64,000 bases of DNA from Alphaproteobacteria bacterium. GTDB lineage: Bacteria; Pseudomonadota; Alphaproteobacteria; UBA7887. A program made the position numbers and the translations under genes. The notes beneath the pieces were generated by a model, which was given only the letters and a program-made list of their open reading frames with translations, was not told the DNA's origin and did no database searches. The stretch spans positions 1,760,001 through 1,824,000 of the forward strand of contig CBDCGL010000011.1 in NCBI GenBank assembly GCA_965216755.1, in the 5' to 3' direction. Shown here piece after piece: positions 40,488 to 49,957 of this stretch (positions within the stretch are counted from its first letter, which is position 1; each line of letters opens with the position of its first letter).

Positions 40488-40673
40488 CTAACGAAAAAAA
40501 CGTTCGGCGTCATTCATTGCTGCTTGTTTGTTTGAAATTTCTTCTTTGACCCGCGTGATCTCGGCCTCCAGATCGCCAATATACTCCTGTAGTGCCTCTA
40601 GAGACATCGGTTCCAGATTTCTCGGAAAAGACAGATCCTGTTTTGGCTTTGCAGCATCATCGTCCGATAGCAT
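40488..40673 (-). CDS. DUF1192 family protein
   Basis: NLEPMSLEALQEYIGDLEAEITRV...KQAAMNDAERFFR. Confidence 0.9.
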   Translation of the reverse strand: MLSDDDAAKPKQDLSFPRNLEPMSLEALQEYIGDLEAEITRVKEEISNKQAAMNDAERFFR

Positions 40674-40823
40674 TCTTGCGCCCTCCAATATCCCCAAGAC
40701 ATTTCCATATGTTACAGGGCATACTCTGTCGCATGAGCGACTGTGTTCTGCAATTGACCCATGGTCAATGCCGCAATGTGGGTGCGGCCTTTTACACTAT
40801 TCGCAACGCGACGGACCGGAACC

Positions 40824-41660
40824 ATGGTTTCTAACTCTGACCGGTTCCTTGTCCGCTTCTGGGGTGTGCGGGGCAGTATCGCGTGTCCCGGCCCGCGCAC
40901 GATGCGCTATGGCGGCAACACGTCTTGCCTTGAAGTTCGCTGCGGTGATCGCCTGTTGATCTTTGACGCCGGCACGGGCATTCATGAATTTGGCGCGCGC
41001 CTTGACGGCGAGCAACCGCTGCAGACCGATCTTTTCTTTAGTCATACGCATTTCGATCACATTTGCGGCTTTCCATTCTTTGCACCAGCCTTTTCCGAAG
41101 ACAATGAATTGCGCATTTGGGCGGGCCACTTATTGCCTGATAGGACCATCCGCGAGGTTTTGATCTACCTGATGATGGATCCATTGTTCCCCATCCCGAT
41201 CGACACTATGCGCGCCAAAATGACGTTTCGCGATTTTCAAGCCGGCGATACGCTGGCCCCCCACAGTGGCATTACAGTGCGTACGGCGCCGCTCAATCAC
41301 CCGAATAATGCCACTGGCTATCGCATCGAGTTCGACGGCAAATCGGTTTGTTACGTCACGGATACCGAACATGTGCCCGGGCAGATCGATCAAAACATCA
41401 TTGACCTGGTTCGCGACGCCGATGTTTTCATATATGACAGCACCTACACTGATGCGGAATTCCCGAGTCACGTCAGTTGGGGGCATTCAACGTGGCAAGA
41501 AGGGGCGCGCATCGCCGATGCCGCCGGTGTTAAGACCTTTATCGTGTTTCACCACGACCCGGATCACGATGATGCCTTCATGGACGGGGTCGCCGCCGAT
41601 GTTGCGCGTGCGCGACCCGGTTCCCTAGTCGCGCAAGAGGGCATGACGATCAGACCTTAG
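40824..41660 (+). CDS. MBL-fold metallo-hydrolase (phosphodiesterase-like)
   Basis: FWGVRGSI, YGGNTSC, DAGTG, SHTHFDH, WGHST and FHHDP motifs. Confidence 0.92.
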   Translation: MVSNSDRFLVRFWGVRGSIACPGPRTMRYGGNTSCLEVRCGDRLLIFDAGTGIHEFGARLDGEQPLQTDLFFSHTHFDHICGFPFFAPAFSEDNELRIWAGHLLPDRTIREVLIYLMMDPLFPIPIDTMRAKMTFRDFQAGDTLAPHSGITVRTAPLNHPNNATGYRIEFDGKSVCYVTDTEHVPGQIDQNIIDLVRDADVFIYDSTYTDAEFPSHVSWGHSTWQEGARIADAAGVKTFIVFHHDPDHDDAFMDGVAADVARARPGSLVAQEGMTIRP

Positions 41661-41672
41661 TGGAGGCCGCGT

Positions 41673-42668
41673 ATGACCGTGCCCGAGACCATGACCGCCA
41701 TCGAAATCACGGCACCCGGCGGGCCAGAAGTTCTGCAACCGGCGACACGGCCGGTGCCGACGCCCGGCCAAGGTGAGATCTTGGTCCGCGTGCGCGCTGC
41801 GGGCGTAAATCGCCCGGATGTTTTTCAACGCCAAGGACTGTATCCGCCGCCACCCGGCGCCTCGGATTTGCCGGGGTTGGAAATAGCCGGTGAAGTGGCG
41901 GCATGTGGTTTGGATGTCACCGAATACACCGTTGGCGATCGCATTTGCGCACTAACGCCTGGCGGTGGCTACGCCGAGTATTGCATGACGCCTGCATCCC
42001 ACGCACTGCCAATCCCGGATGGACTAGACGACATCGCCGCAGCCGCGCTTCCCGAGACCTATTTTACGGTTTGGACAAACGTGTTTGAACGTGGCCGGTT
42101 GCAAGCCGGTGAGTGGTTGCTCGTCCACGGTGGCAGCAGTGGAATTGGCACCACGGCGATCCAGTTGGCGCGCAGATTCGACGCGCGCGTGATCGCAACC
42201 GCAGGATCGGCCGCAAAGTGCCAAGCGTGTCTGGAACTCGGCGCCGAGGTCGCGGTCAATTACCGTGACCAGGATTTCGTCGAAGTGGTCCGCACGACCA
42301 CCGACGGACGCGGCGTCGACGTTATTTTGGACATGGTCGCGGGCGACTATGTTCCGCGCAATATCAAGTGTTTAGCGGAAGACGGCCGACTGGTCATCAT
42401 CGCCTTTTTGGGCGGCAGCAAGGCTCATATCGATTTCAATCCGGTCATGCGCAAACGACTGACCTTGACCGGATCCACGTTGCGTCCGCGGTCACTGGAG
42501 AAAAAGGCGGAAATCGCCGCGGCCTTGCGCGCACAAGTCTGGCCGTTGCTGTCATCCGGACGCGTTAAACCGGTCATCGATACGGTTTTGCCGCTCGCGC
42601 AAGCCGCCGAAGCTCACGGCCTAATGGAATCTAGCCGGCATGTCGGCAAAATCATGCTATCTGTCTGA
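41673..42668 (+). CDS. NAD(P)H-quinone oxidoreductase, PIG3 family
   Basis: GVNRPDVFQRQG, HGGSSGIGT and GSTLRPR motifs. Confidence 0.93.
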   Translation: MTVPETMTAIEITAPGGPEVLQPATRPVPTPGQGEILVRVRAAGVNRPDVFQRQGLYPPPPGASDLPGLEIAGEVAACGLDVTEYTVGDRICALTPGGGYAEYCMTPASHALPIPDGLDDIAAAALPETYFTVWTNVFERGRLQAGEWLLVHGGSSGIGTTAIQLARRFDARVIATAGSAAKCQACLELGAEVAVNYRDQDFVEVVRTTTDGRGVDVILDMVAGDYVPRNIKCLAEDGRLVIIAFLGGSKAHIDFNPVMRKRLTLTGSTLRPRSLEKKAEIAAALRAQVWPLLSSGRVKPVIDTVLPLAQAAEAHGLMESSRHVGKIMLSV

Positions 42669-42817
42669 AGGATTGGCGCGGTCGAAATTTTGCTCAAGCC
42701 CCCTTTTTCGGGTCTTGGCCATCGTTATATCTAACGGCAACTTTTACCTGACCGCTGGTCGATCATCTGAAGAGACGACCGTATCGCGGTCGATTTGCTG
42801 ACAAACGGGGAACAAGA

Positions 42818-43405
42818 ATGGCGCACCCGCTTATGCCCAAAGCGACGGCCGTTTGGCTGATCGACAACACGACATTGACCTTCGACCAAATTGCGGCCTT
42901 TTGCGGTCTCCACAAGCTTGAAGTCGAAGGCATCGCCGACGGCAAAGTGGCCACCGACATTATCGGCCTTGACCCCGTCGCCAATGGTCAGTTGACACGC
43001 GACGAAATCGCACGCTGCGAAGCCGATCCGAACGCGCAAATGAAGATGAAGGCGACCGATACACCGCTGACGTCGGCACGCCGCAAGGGGCCGCGCTATA
43101 CGCCTGTTTCAAAACGCCAAGACCGGCCCGACGCGATCGCGTGGCTGTTGAAATATCACCCAGAAATCACGGATGCGCGCATCGCCAAGTTGCTGGGCAC
43201 AACAAAAGCAACCATCGAAGCCGTTCGCTCGCGGACGCATTGGAACGCATCCAATATTAAGCCGCGCGACCCGGTGCTGCTTGGGCTGTGCACACAAACC
43301 GACTTGGAGATAGAGGTGCAAAAAGCGGCGGCACGGCGACCGAAGACCGAGCCGGAGCCCGAACCCGAACCCGCCGCCGCTACGGTAGAGGATCCGCCGG
43401 CCTGA
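42818..43405 (+). CDS. trcR: DUF1013 family cell-cycle transcriptional regulator (TrcR)
   Basis: PLMPKATAVWLIDNT, RYTPVSKRQDRPDAI and THWN..NIKPRDPV motifs. Confidence 0.9.
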   Translation: MAHPLMPKATAVWLIDNTTLTFDQIAAFCGLHKLEVEGIADGKVATDIIGLDPVANGQLTRDEIARCEADPNAQMKMKATDTPLTSARRKGPRYTPVSKRQDRPDAIAWLLKYHPEITDARIAKLLGTTKATIEAVRSRTHWNASNIKPRDPVLLGLCTQTDLEIEVQKAAARRPKTEPEPEPEPAAATVEDPPA

Positions 43406-43435
43406 CGCTGCGCGGCGCTTCGGCTCAAGCTCACG

Positions 43436-44896
43436 ATGTCGCAAACCAGTGATCTGACGGCGCAACTGGAAGCCCTGGTGGGTCGTCGCGTGCTTTGCAT
43501 CGGCGACATCATGTGCGACCGGTTCGTTGATGGCGCAGTCGCCCGTATCTCACCCGAAGCACCGATACCCGTGCTCAAGACCGCGCATGAATGGTCGATA
43601 CCGGGCGGCGCCGGCAATGTGGCGCGCAACGTCGCCGCCCTGGGTGGCCATTGCCATTGCCTGGGCGTGATTGGCGACGACGAATCCGGTCGCGCGCTGC
43701 GAACGATGTTCGACGAACTCACTGGAATCGACGCAAACTTGGCGATCGACCCATCGCGTCCAACCACGGTCAAGACACGCTATATCGCAAGCGGTCAACA
43801 GCTTTTGCGGGCTGATCGGGAAAGTGACGGACCCATCGATGGCCATTTGAGCGAGAAGTTGCTCGCGGCCGCCAAAGACACCCTACCTCAATGCGACATC
43901 GTCATTCTCTCGGACTATGCAAAAGGAGTCGTCACCGCAAACATCGCTGCCAAGATCATTGGCTTGGCCAATACTCACGGCAAACCGGTACTCGTCGATC
44001 CGGGTCGTGCGGACTACGCCAGCTATCGGGGCGCCACCCTGGTCACACCCAATCGTGCCGAGTTCGAACAAGCCGTCGGTCGCGCGGTGGACGGCGACAT
44101 GGACGTGGTCGCGGCTGGACGCGCCCTCATAGATCGATTTGATCTCGCCGCTTTGCTCGTGACGCGGAGTCACGAGGGCATGTCGTACGTCACCCGCGAT
44201 GATCACTTCGTGTGCCCCACGCAGGCGCGCGAAGTCTTCGATGTTTCCGGTGCCGGGGATACCGTGGTCGCGGTTTTGGCGGCGGCCATGGCATCCGGAA
44301 TACCGATGGAAGACGCCGTTCGCCTGGCCAACGCAGCCGCCGGCATTGTCGTCGGCAAGGTCGGCACCGCCACGATTGGCCGCGCCGAACTTGAGACGGC
44401 GCTGCGCGAGTCGGATGTCCTTGCCGACGAAACCAAGGTGATGAGCGCCGAAATGGCCGTGGAAACGGTCCGAAGGTGGCGCCGCCGCAGGGCGCGGATC
44501 GGATTCACGAACGGCTGTTTCGACCTGTTGCATCCGGGTCATGTGGCGCTGCTGCAGCAAGCCCGCAGCCATTGCGATCGCTTGGTCGTCGGGCTGAACA
44601 GCGATGCATCGGTGGCGCGCTTAAAGGGCGAAGGGAGGCCAGTGCAATCTGAAAACGCGCGGGCCTTGGTTTTGGCGTCGCTCGCGTTGGTTGATGTGGT
44701 CGTGATATTTGCCGACGACACGCCAATCGGCCTGATCGAGGCACTGCGGCCGGACACGTTGGTCAAGGGGGCCGACTATGCGATCACGAATGTCGTGGGC
44801 GCTGACTTTGTACAAAGTTATGGCGGCGACGTGGTTCTGGCGGACTTACTAGACGGTTACAGCACAACCGACACGATCGCCCGTATTGCCGACTGA
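43436..44896 (+). CDS. hldE: Bifunctional heptose-7-phosphate kinase / heptose-1-phosphate adenylyltransferase
   Basis: RISPEAPIPV, GGAGNVA, DVSGAGDTV, FTNGCFDLLHPGH and KGADY motifs. Confidence 0.95.
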   Translation: MSQTSDLTAQLEALVGRRVLCIGDIMCDRFVDGAVARISPEAPIPVLKTAHEWSIPGGAGNVARNVAALGGHCHCLGVIGDDESGRALRTMFDELTGIDANLAIDPSRPTTVKTRYIASGQQLLRADRESDGPIDGHLSEKLLAAAKDTLPQCDIVILSDYAKGVVTANIAAKIIGLANTHGKPVLVDPGRADYASYRGATLVTPNRAEFEQAVGRAVDGDMDVVAAGRALIDRFDLAALLVTRSHEGMSYVTRDDHFVCPTQAREVFDVSGAGDTVVAVLAAAMASGIPMEDAVRLANAAAGIVVGKVGTATIGRAELETALRESDVLADETKVMSAEMAVETVRRWRRRRARIGFTNGCFDLLHPGHVALLQQARSHCDRLVVGLNSDASVARLKGEGRPVQSENARALVLASLALVDVVVIFADDTPIGLIEALRPDTLVKGADYAITNVVGADFVQSYGGDVVLADLLDGYSTTDTIARIAD

Positions 44897-44911
44897 GGTG
44901 CGACGCAACAC

Positions 44912-45508
44912 ATGACACCCCAGCGACTGACAGTCGGTATCAGCGGCGCCTCGGGTGCTATTTACGGCATCCGTCTCTTGCAGCAATTGCGGGATCTGCC
45001 AATTGAAACCCACTTGGTGATGTCGCCGGCGGGCGAGCGGACCATTGCCTACGAAACCGACCTCAAGGTCGCCGCGGTCCGTGCCCTCGCAGATCATTGG
45101 TATGCCAACGACGATGTTGGCGCGGCGATTGCCAGTGGCTCCTTCCGAACGGCCGGTATGGTTGTCGCCCCGTGTTCCATGCGGAGCGTTGCCGAGCTTG
45201 CCGCCGGAACCACGGCGACGCTGCTGACCCGCGCAGCGGACGTGGTACTCAAGGAAAAGCGACCGTTGGTCCTGGTCGTGCGGGAGACGCCCCTACACGC
45301 CGGGCATTTGCGCAATCTTGCCACCTTGGCCGAGCTGGGTGCCACGATCGCGCCGCCGGTGCCCGCCTTTTACGCCCGGCCGCGCAACCTTGATGACGTC
45401 GTCGACCACACTATCGGCCGCGTCCTCGACATATTCGGCATCGACATCGGCGCGGTCGAACGGTGGGGTGAACAGCGACAACGGCGACGGCGTCCGGGCA
45501 ATGGGTAA
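44912..45508 (+). CDS. ubiX: Flavin prenyltransferase
   Basis: GISGASG, ASGSF, PCSM, RAADVVLKE, RETP and PAFY motifs. Confidence 0.95.
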   Translation: MTPQRLTVGISGASGAIYGIRLLQQLRDLPIETHLVMSPAGERTIAYETDLKVAAVRALADHWYANDDVGAAIASGSFRTAGMVVAPCSMRSVAELAAGTTATLLTRAADVVLKEKRPLVLVVRETPLHAGHLRNLATLAELGATIAPPVPAFYARPRNLDDVVDHTIGRVLDIFGIDIGAVERWGEQRQRRRRPGNG

Positions 45509-45521
45509 TTCAGCAGCGTCG

Positions 45522-45624
45522 GTTTCGGTGACAGTTTCGGTGACAGTTTACTAAATACACTATACGTTGTATGGTGATGTTTTAGACCACTTTATTTTGT
45601 ATATTTAGTAAACTGTCACCGAAA
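45522..45624. mobile_element. Miniature inverted-repeat element (MITE/REPIN-like)
   Basis: Perfect 23-bp inverted repeat TTTCGGTGACAGTTTACTAAATA (45535-45557) / TATTTAGTAAACTGTCACCGAAA (45602-45624) around a 44-bp AT-rich core. The 12-mer GTTTCGGTGACA is tandemly duplicated at the left end. Confidence 0.65.
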
Positions 45625-45638
45625 TTAAAATTCGTATA

Positions 45639-46478
45639 TCAATGGCTTTCAGCACCATAATGTTGCCGTAGCCGTGCCCAATCGTCCGCCCAACAGCATT
45701 CGTGGTTGTAATCCGGCAGGACGGCGAGCTTAACCGGAGCGGTCGGCGACAATGCGTCGATATACGATTGGACGATCGATTCCGGGACTTTGTCATCGTC
45801 GGCACCAACCAGATGGGTCTGCGGGATCGCATCAAGCGCCGCCGCAAACGCGACTGGATTGAGCGAACCCAACAGCGGGCTGACACCGTGGTAGCGAGTC
45901 CATGCTGCGTGATCGAGATTGGCAGCCACCGTCATGACATGATCGACATCGCCACGGCCCGCTGCCAACAGGGTGGCGATCACGCCACCGCCCGAATAGC
46001 CAATCAAAGTGAGTCGCGCGGCCCCGGCGTCGGACTTAAGGATATCAATGGCGGCACCGATCGCATCAATAACTGGGGTGCCGTAGCGGTGGGACGACCA
46101 AAAATGCGGTGCGCAAGGGCCGCTTGGACCGCGTTCAACAAATTGGCAGGGGCGCGCGATATATGCGACCGCCGGTGCCGGTTCGGCAATCGCCATGCGC
46201 AACACGGTCAATTGCCTCGGTGTCGGATCCATAGAGAGCTGATAGCGATTGCGCCACGCCGCGCCGTCACCTTCGATATAGACGACCAGGCGCTTGTTGT
46301 CGTGGCCGCGACTGTAGCTGCGGAGCGTAAATTCACCTGCCGCGATATCGCGACGATCAAAGCCGTGGTCACGCGCTAGATCGTCGCTCGCCTGACGCGA
46401 ATCGGATGGCAGGCCCGGCCCTGAGCAGCCAAAACCGAGGATGCTCAGCGGCGCCAAAATAAGACAAGCCCGGCGCAC
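45639..46478 (-). CDS. Alpha/beta hydrolase lipoprotein (esterase-like)
   Basis: Lipobox-like ILGFG-C, VYIEGDG, ARPCQF, GYSGGG nucleophile elbow and HECCW. Probable GTG start at 46478. Confidence 0.85.
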   Translation of the reverse strand: MRRACLILAPLSILGFGCSGPGLPSDSRQASDDLARDHGFDRRDIAAGEFTLRSYSRGHDNKRLVVYIEGDGAAWRNRYQLSMDPTPRQLTVLRMAIAEPAPAVAYIARPCQFVERGPSGPCAPHFWSSHRYGTPVIDAIGAAIDILKSDAGAARLTLIGYSGGGVIATLLAAGRGDVDHVMTVAANLDHAAWTRYHGVSPLLGSLNPVAFAAALDAIPQTHLVGADDDKVPESIVQSYIDALSPTAPVKLAVLPDYNHECCWADDWARLRQHYGAESH

Positions 46479-46515
46479 GCGCCGGGCCTTGCCAATAAAT
46501 TCCTCGCAATGGCGG

Positions 46516-47544
46516 CTAGAACTTGATGCGCAGGTTGCCTGAAACCGTCGTTTGCTCGACATCCGAGCGGCCAAACAGCGTAGTGCCCTGAATTCCACCC
46601 GTGACGCGCTCGCTAAGCGCGAAGTTAACGCCGCCGCCAACTTCGAAACCATTGCGATCATTTTCAGGAACCAGTTGACCGGCACCGACGGCAACCTTGT
46701 CGCGCATGAAGTCATGCTCGAACCGGCCGGTGACAAAAGGCTCGACCCGCCCCAGCACATAGCCAACCTGGCCGCCGACATGGAGCTGCCCAAATTCAAT
46801 ATCGCGCGACGGATTTCGCGTCCCATCCGTTTCCGTGAACTCGTCTTGATCCTCCTGCGCCCACAGCAGTCCAACTTGCCCCGACAAGGCCAGCCGGTTG
46901 ACGCGATAATAGCCGTTAACGTTGCCGGCCAGGAACCAGCGCTCCCAATCCATATCGCCGGCAATGTTGGTTCCGCCCGTCGACCTGGTCATTTCGCTTT
47001 TGCCGGCGAAACTATACCCGCCCGCAACATCGGCCGTGAAATAGCGGTTCAAGATGAAGCCGACATACGGCGCGACAGTAAAACCGTCGCCGTTCAAGCT
47101 ACCACGATTGTAGGTCGTATCGACTTCAATGTCCTCCCAACTGGTCGCGACCCCACCTAACAATCGGTCGGTCATTTGGTAGTCGGCGCCACCGACCATA
47201 GTCACGTAATCGCCATCATGAGCGATCGAGCCCAAGTCGTTTTCCAACGACCTCCATGCGCTGGCGCCCCATACGCTCACGCGATCGTCGCTGCCGCCGG
47301 CAGCCAGGCCGGAATCGATATCCACAACGGTTCCCACCGCACCGCCCGGGGTCGGGCCCAGCGATGCGGCCACGCGCGACGTGATCAGACCAATATTGGT
47401 ACTAAGGGCCTCGTTGGTGGTCGCGGGAAACGTCGCGACGGAACCTGCTTGCAAAGTCGTATCGGTACTTTGTTCCCCGGCAAGTGCCGGTATGGCCACT
47501 AATGTGCAGGCCGCAGCAAACCCTAGAACGCGGATTTCTCTCAT
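46516..47544 (-). CDS. Autotransporter-type outer-membrane beta-barrel protein lacking a passenger domain
   Basis: Signal peptide (ALA|G), short linker, amphipathic strands (VWG, GADY, VAPY, EPFV) and C-terminal Phe (LRIKF). Confidence 0.82.
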   Translation of the reverse strand: MREIRVLGFAAACTLVAIPALAGEQSTDTTLQAGSVATFPATTNEALSTNIGLITSRVAASLGPTPGGAVGTVVDIDSGLAAGGSDDRVSVWGASAWRSLENDLGSIAHDGDYVTMVGGADYQMTDRLLGGVATSWEDIEVDTTYNRGSLNGDGFTVAPYVGFILNRYFTADVAGGYSFAGKSEMTRSTGGTNIAGDMDWERWFLAGNVNGYYRVNRLALSGQVGLLWAQEDQDEFTETDGTRNPSRDIEFGQLHVGGQVGYVLGRVEPFVTGRFEHDFMRDKVAVGAGQLVPENDRNGFEVGGGVNFALSERVTGGIQGTTLFGRSDVEQTTVSGNLRIKF

Positions 47545-47955
47545 CTCACCCTTTCAGACGACGACCGCAGCGGTCGCTTTAGATTAGAGCAACCCTCCCC
47601 GCGTTATTCATTGGAGGGATTTCATCAGATTGATATGGGGAGTCCAAGTCCTGCTGCGACCGGCGGCCACTATTCCCGCGCCTTCGTTGCACAAATGGCA
47701 CAACGGCCCAGGCCGCATGTCTAAAACCCGCCATTCCCCAGAGGACCGGCGCGTTCGGGTCAAAAATTGTCATATTTTTTGTAAAATTACTGTGAATAGG
47801 CGAGCATTGGCCGGAACTGCGTGCGTGTCCCATGCCAAGTTTGGGTGGTGCAAGAAAAGCACAGACGTGGCACAAGCGCCACGGCTCGCGTGGTGCTGTG
47901 CGACAAGAAGCACAAAACTGTTGGCGCGCCCGACGCGGGCGCCAGTTTACGGGGG

Positions 47956-48453
47956 TTATGGGGTGGCGGATCCCACTTTCTTGCTCACAGGAAACGGCGC
48001 GACGCACCGCAGACCGGCCGGCAGGGTATTGACGACCACGCAGCCGACATCACGGTTTTCGAATTTGTCCCGCCAATATTGTGAGTCGTAGAGCCCAAAA
48101 ACCTCAACCAGGGCGTTGAGCGTCGCCATTGGATCGACGCCATCATCCCGCAACGACTCGTCAAGCTGCAGGCGTTCGCACAGATTCTCCCACCTTTGAC
48201 CATCGACGGCCGCCACCACCACATAGCCTGTATCGGCTGTGTGGTAGATGTGATAGCGGGGTGAAATGCCATTTGACGGTCCTTCCGACGCGTCTTGGAT
48301 CAACACATCGGTCGTGTTGCCCGCCTCGCCGGCTGCGTCTTCTGGCGCCATGCGCGTGACGCGCGCGCCCGCGTCGGCCAATATGTCAGCCACCTGTGTG
48401 CCAGGCGCTGACATGCTCAAACTCAAGACCCGGATCCCTTCAAGCGGTCGCAT
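47956..48453 (-). pseudogene. Truncated / internally deleted CaiB-BaiF CoA-transferase
   Basis: PLEGIRVLSL...LADAGARV N-terminus joined almost directly to the small-domain YHIYHTAD..VAAV..WENLC. Only 165 aa. Confidence 0.6.
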
Positions 48454-48716
48454 CGGTGCCCCTCATGCTGATCTCAACGGCTTCGGCCTCAGACAGGTCC
48501 AGCTGTCGTCGGGAGAAAGCTCTTCTAGCCGGCCATGACTAGTAATTAGGGGCCGGATGCCGGAATTTCGAACAACTCTGCCGAAATCTAGCAAATCAAA
48601 CTGCTTTTGATGCCGATCCCGTATCGGCCAGGCGCTACAGCGGTTATCCTCACGCACCCTGGCAACCACGCCAATCCGGCCAGGCGCTGGATAAATCCCT
48701 CTACGGACTGAATGAA

Positions 48717-49838
48717 ATGGTCGAGAAAGGCGAAAATGAACGGCGCATTTTGCGCCGCGACCCTAACCCCAAATGCTTTGAGCCCATGACGCTGCGCAGC
48801 ATCACCACACGCAATCGCATCGTGCTGTCGCCCATGTGCCAATACAGCGCCCAGGATGGGCTGCCCAACGACTGGCATTTGGTCCACCTCGGGGCGCGCG
48901 CGGCCGGTGGCGCGGGCATCGTTTTCACCGAATCCGTCCATACCGAGCCGCGCGGCCGTATCACGCATCATTGCCTGGGGTTGTGGAACGATGCCCAGGA
49001 GAACGCTTTTGCGCGCATCGCCGCTTTTGTCGCCGGTCAGGGCGCGGTCCCAGCAATCCAACTCGGCCATGCCGGCCGCAAGGGTTCGGTCACGCGGCCG
49101 TGGGAGGGAACCAAGCCCGTCCTGCCCGATGGTGGCGGCTGGCCGATCATCGCTCCCTCGCCCACCGCTTACGCCGCGGGTTGGCAAGTGCCGGAAGAGA
49201 TGTCCCAGGCCACGATTGATGACGCCATCGCCGCGACCGCGGAGGCGGCGCGCCGTGCCCATCGAGCGGGATTCAAGCTGGTTGAGGTCCACGCGGCTCA
49301 CGGCTATCTGATCCATCAGTTCCTGTCGCCCTTGTCAAACAGCCGCACCGACGGCTATGGCGGGTCGCTCGACAATCGCATGCGATTTCTGATGGAAACT
49401 CTGGACGCGGTGCGTGACGTTTGGCCCGACAACTTGCCCCTATTTGTACGGCTGTCTTGTACAGACTGGGTTGACGGCGGTTGGGACCTCGATCAATCGA
49501 TCACGTTGGCCCGCGCCCTGAAAGCGCGCGGTGACGTCGACTTGATTGATTGCTCAACAGGCGGCAATGACCCGCGCCAGAAAATCCCGATCCACCCCGG
49601 CTATCAAATCCCGTTTGCCGAGGCTGTTCGTGGCGCGGCGGATCTTCCGACCATGGCGGTTGGTCTGTTGCATAGTGCTGATATGATCGAAGAAGTGATC
49701 GCCAACGAGCGCGCGGATTTGGTCGCGTTGGGCCGCGGCCTGATGGCCGACCCCCATTGGCCACTGCGCGCCGCCAACAGCCTCCGTGCGCGCAACGTCA
49801 CCTGGCCGATTCAATATGAACGGTCGAACATATTCTGA
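48717..49838 (+). CDS. NADH:flavin oxidoreductase (Old Yellow Enzyme, YqjM/NamA-like), second copy
   Basis: NRIVLSPMCQY, QLGHAGRKGS, EVHAAHGYL and RTDGYGG motifs. Confidence 0.92.
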   Translation: MVEKGENERRILRRDPNPKCFEPMTLRSITTRNRIVLSPMCQYSAQDGLPNDWHLVHLGARAAGGAGIVFTESVHTEPRGRITHHCLGLWNDAQENAFARIAAFVAGQGAVPAIQLGHAGRKGSVTRPWEGTKPVLPDGGGWPIIAPSPTAYAAGWQVPEEMSQATIDDAIAATAEAARRAHRAGFKLVEVHAAHGYLIHQFLSPLSNSRTDGYGGSLDNRMRFLMETLDAVRDVWPDNLPLFVRLSCTDWVDGGWDLDQSITLARALKARGDVDLIDCSTGGNDPRQKIPIHPGYQIPFAEAVRGAADLPTMAVGLLHSADMIEEVIANERADLVALGRGLMADPHWPLRAANSLRARNVTWPIQYERSNIF

Positions 49839-49957
49839 CCGTGCGCGCGGGTTTCTAGATCAATCTTCGTTTAATCGGTGTCGTTTGAACGAAGTTAATT
49901 TGCTCGGTATCAAATAAATGGAACATATCATGCGAACGCAAGTGAGCATGACAAGTT

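Noticed and set aside
43345-43375. EPEPEPEP-coding tandem repeat in trcR
   Set aside because: Ordinary low-complexity C-terminal tail with mixed codons, not a contingency repeat.
45522-45549. GTTTCGGTGACA repeat as a CRISPR array
   Set aside because: Only two adjacent 12-bp copies, no spacers and no cas genes.
47822-47838. Possible sigma54 promoter (TTGGCAT-N5-ACGCA, minus strand) for the beta-barrel gene
   Set aside because: The GG-N10-GC spacing fits, but the -12 element is weak and it lies ~280 bp from the start. Too little support.
10422-49838. Two similar OYE genes as a recent duplication
   Set aside because: They share family motifs only and diverge widely elsewhere. Multiple OYE paralogues are common.
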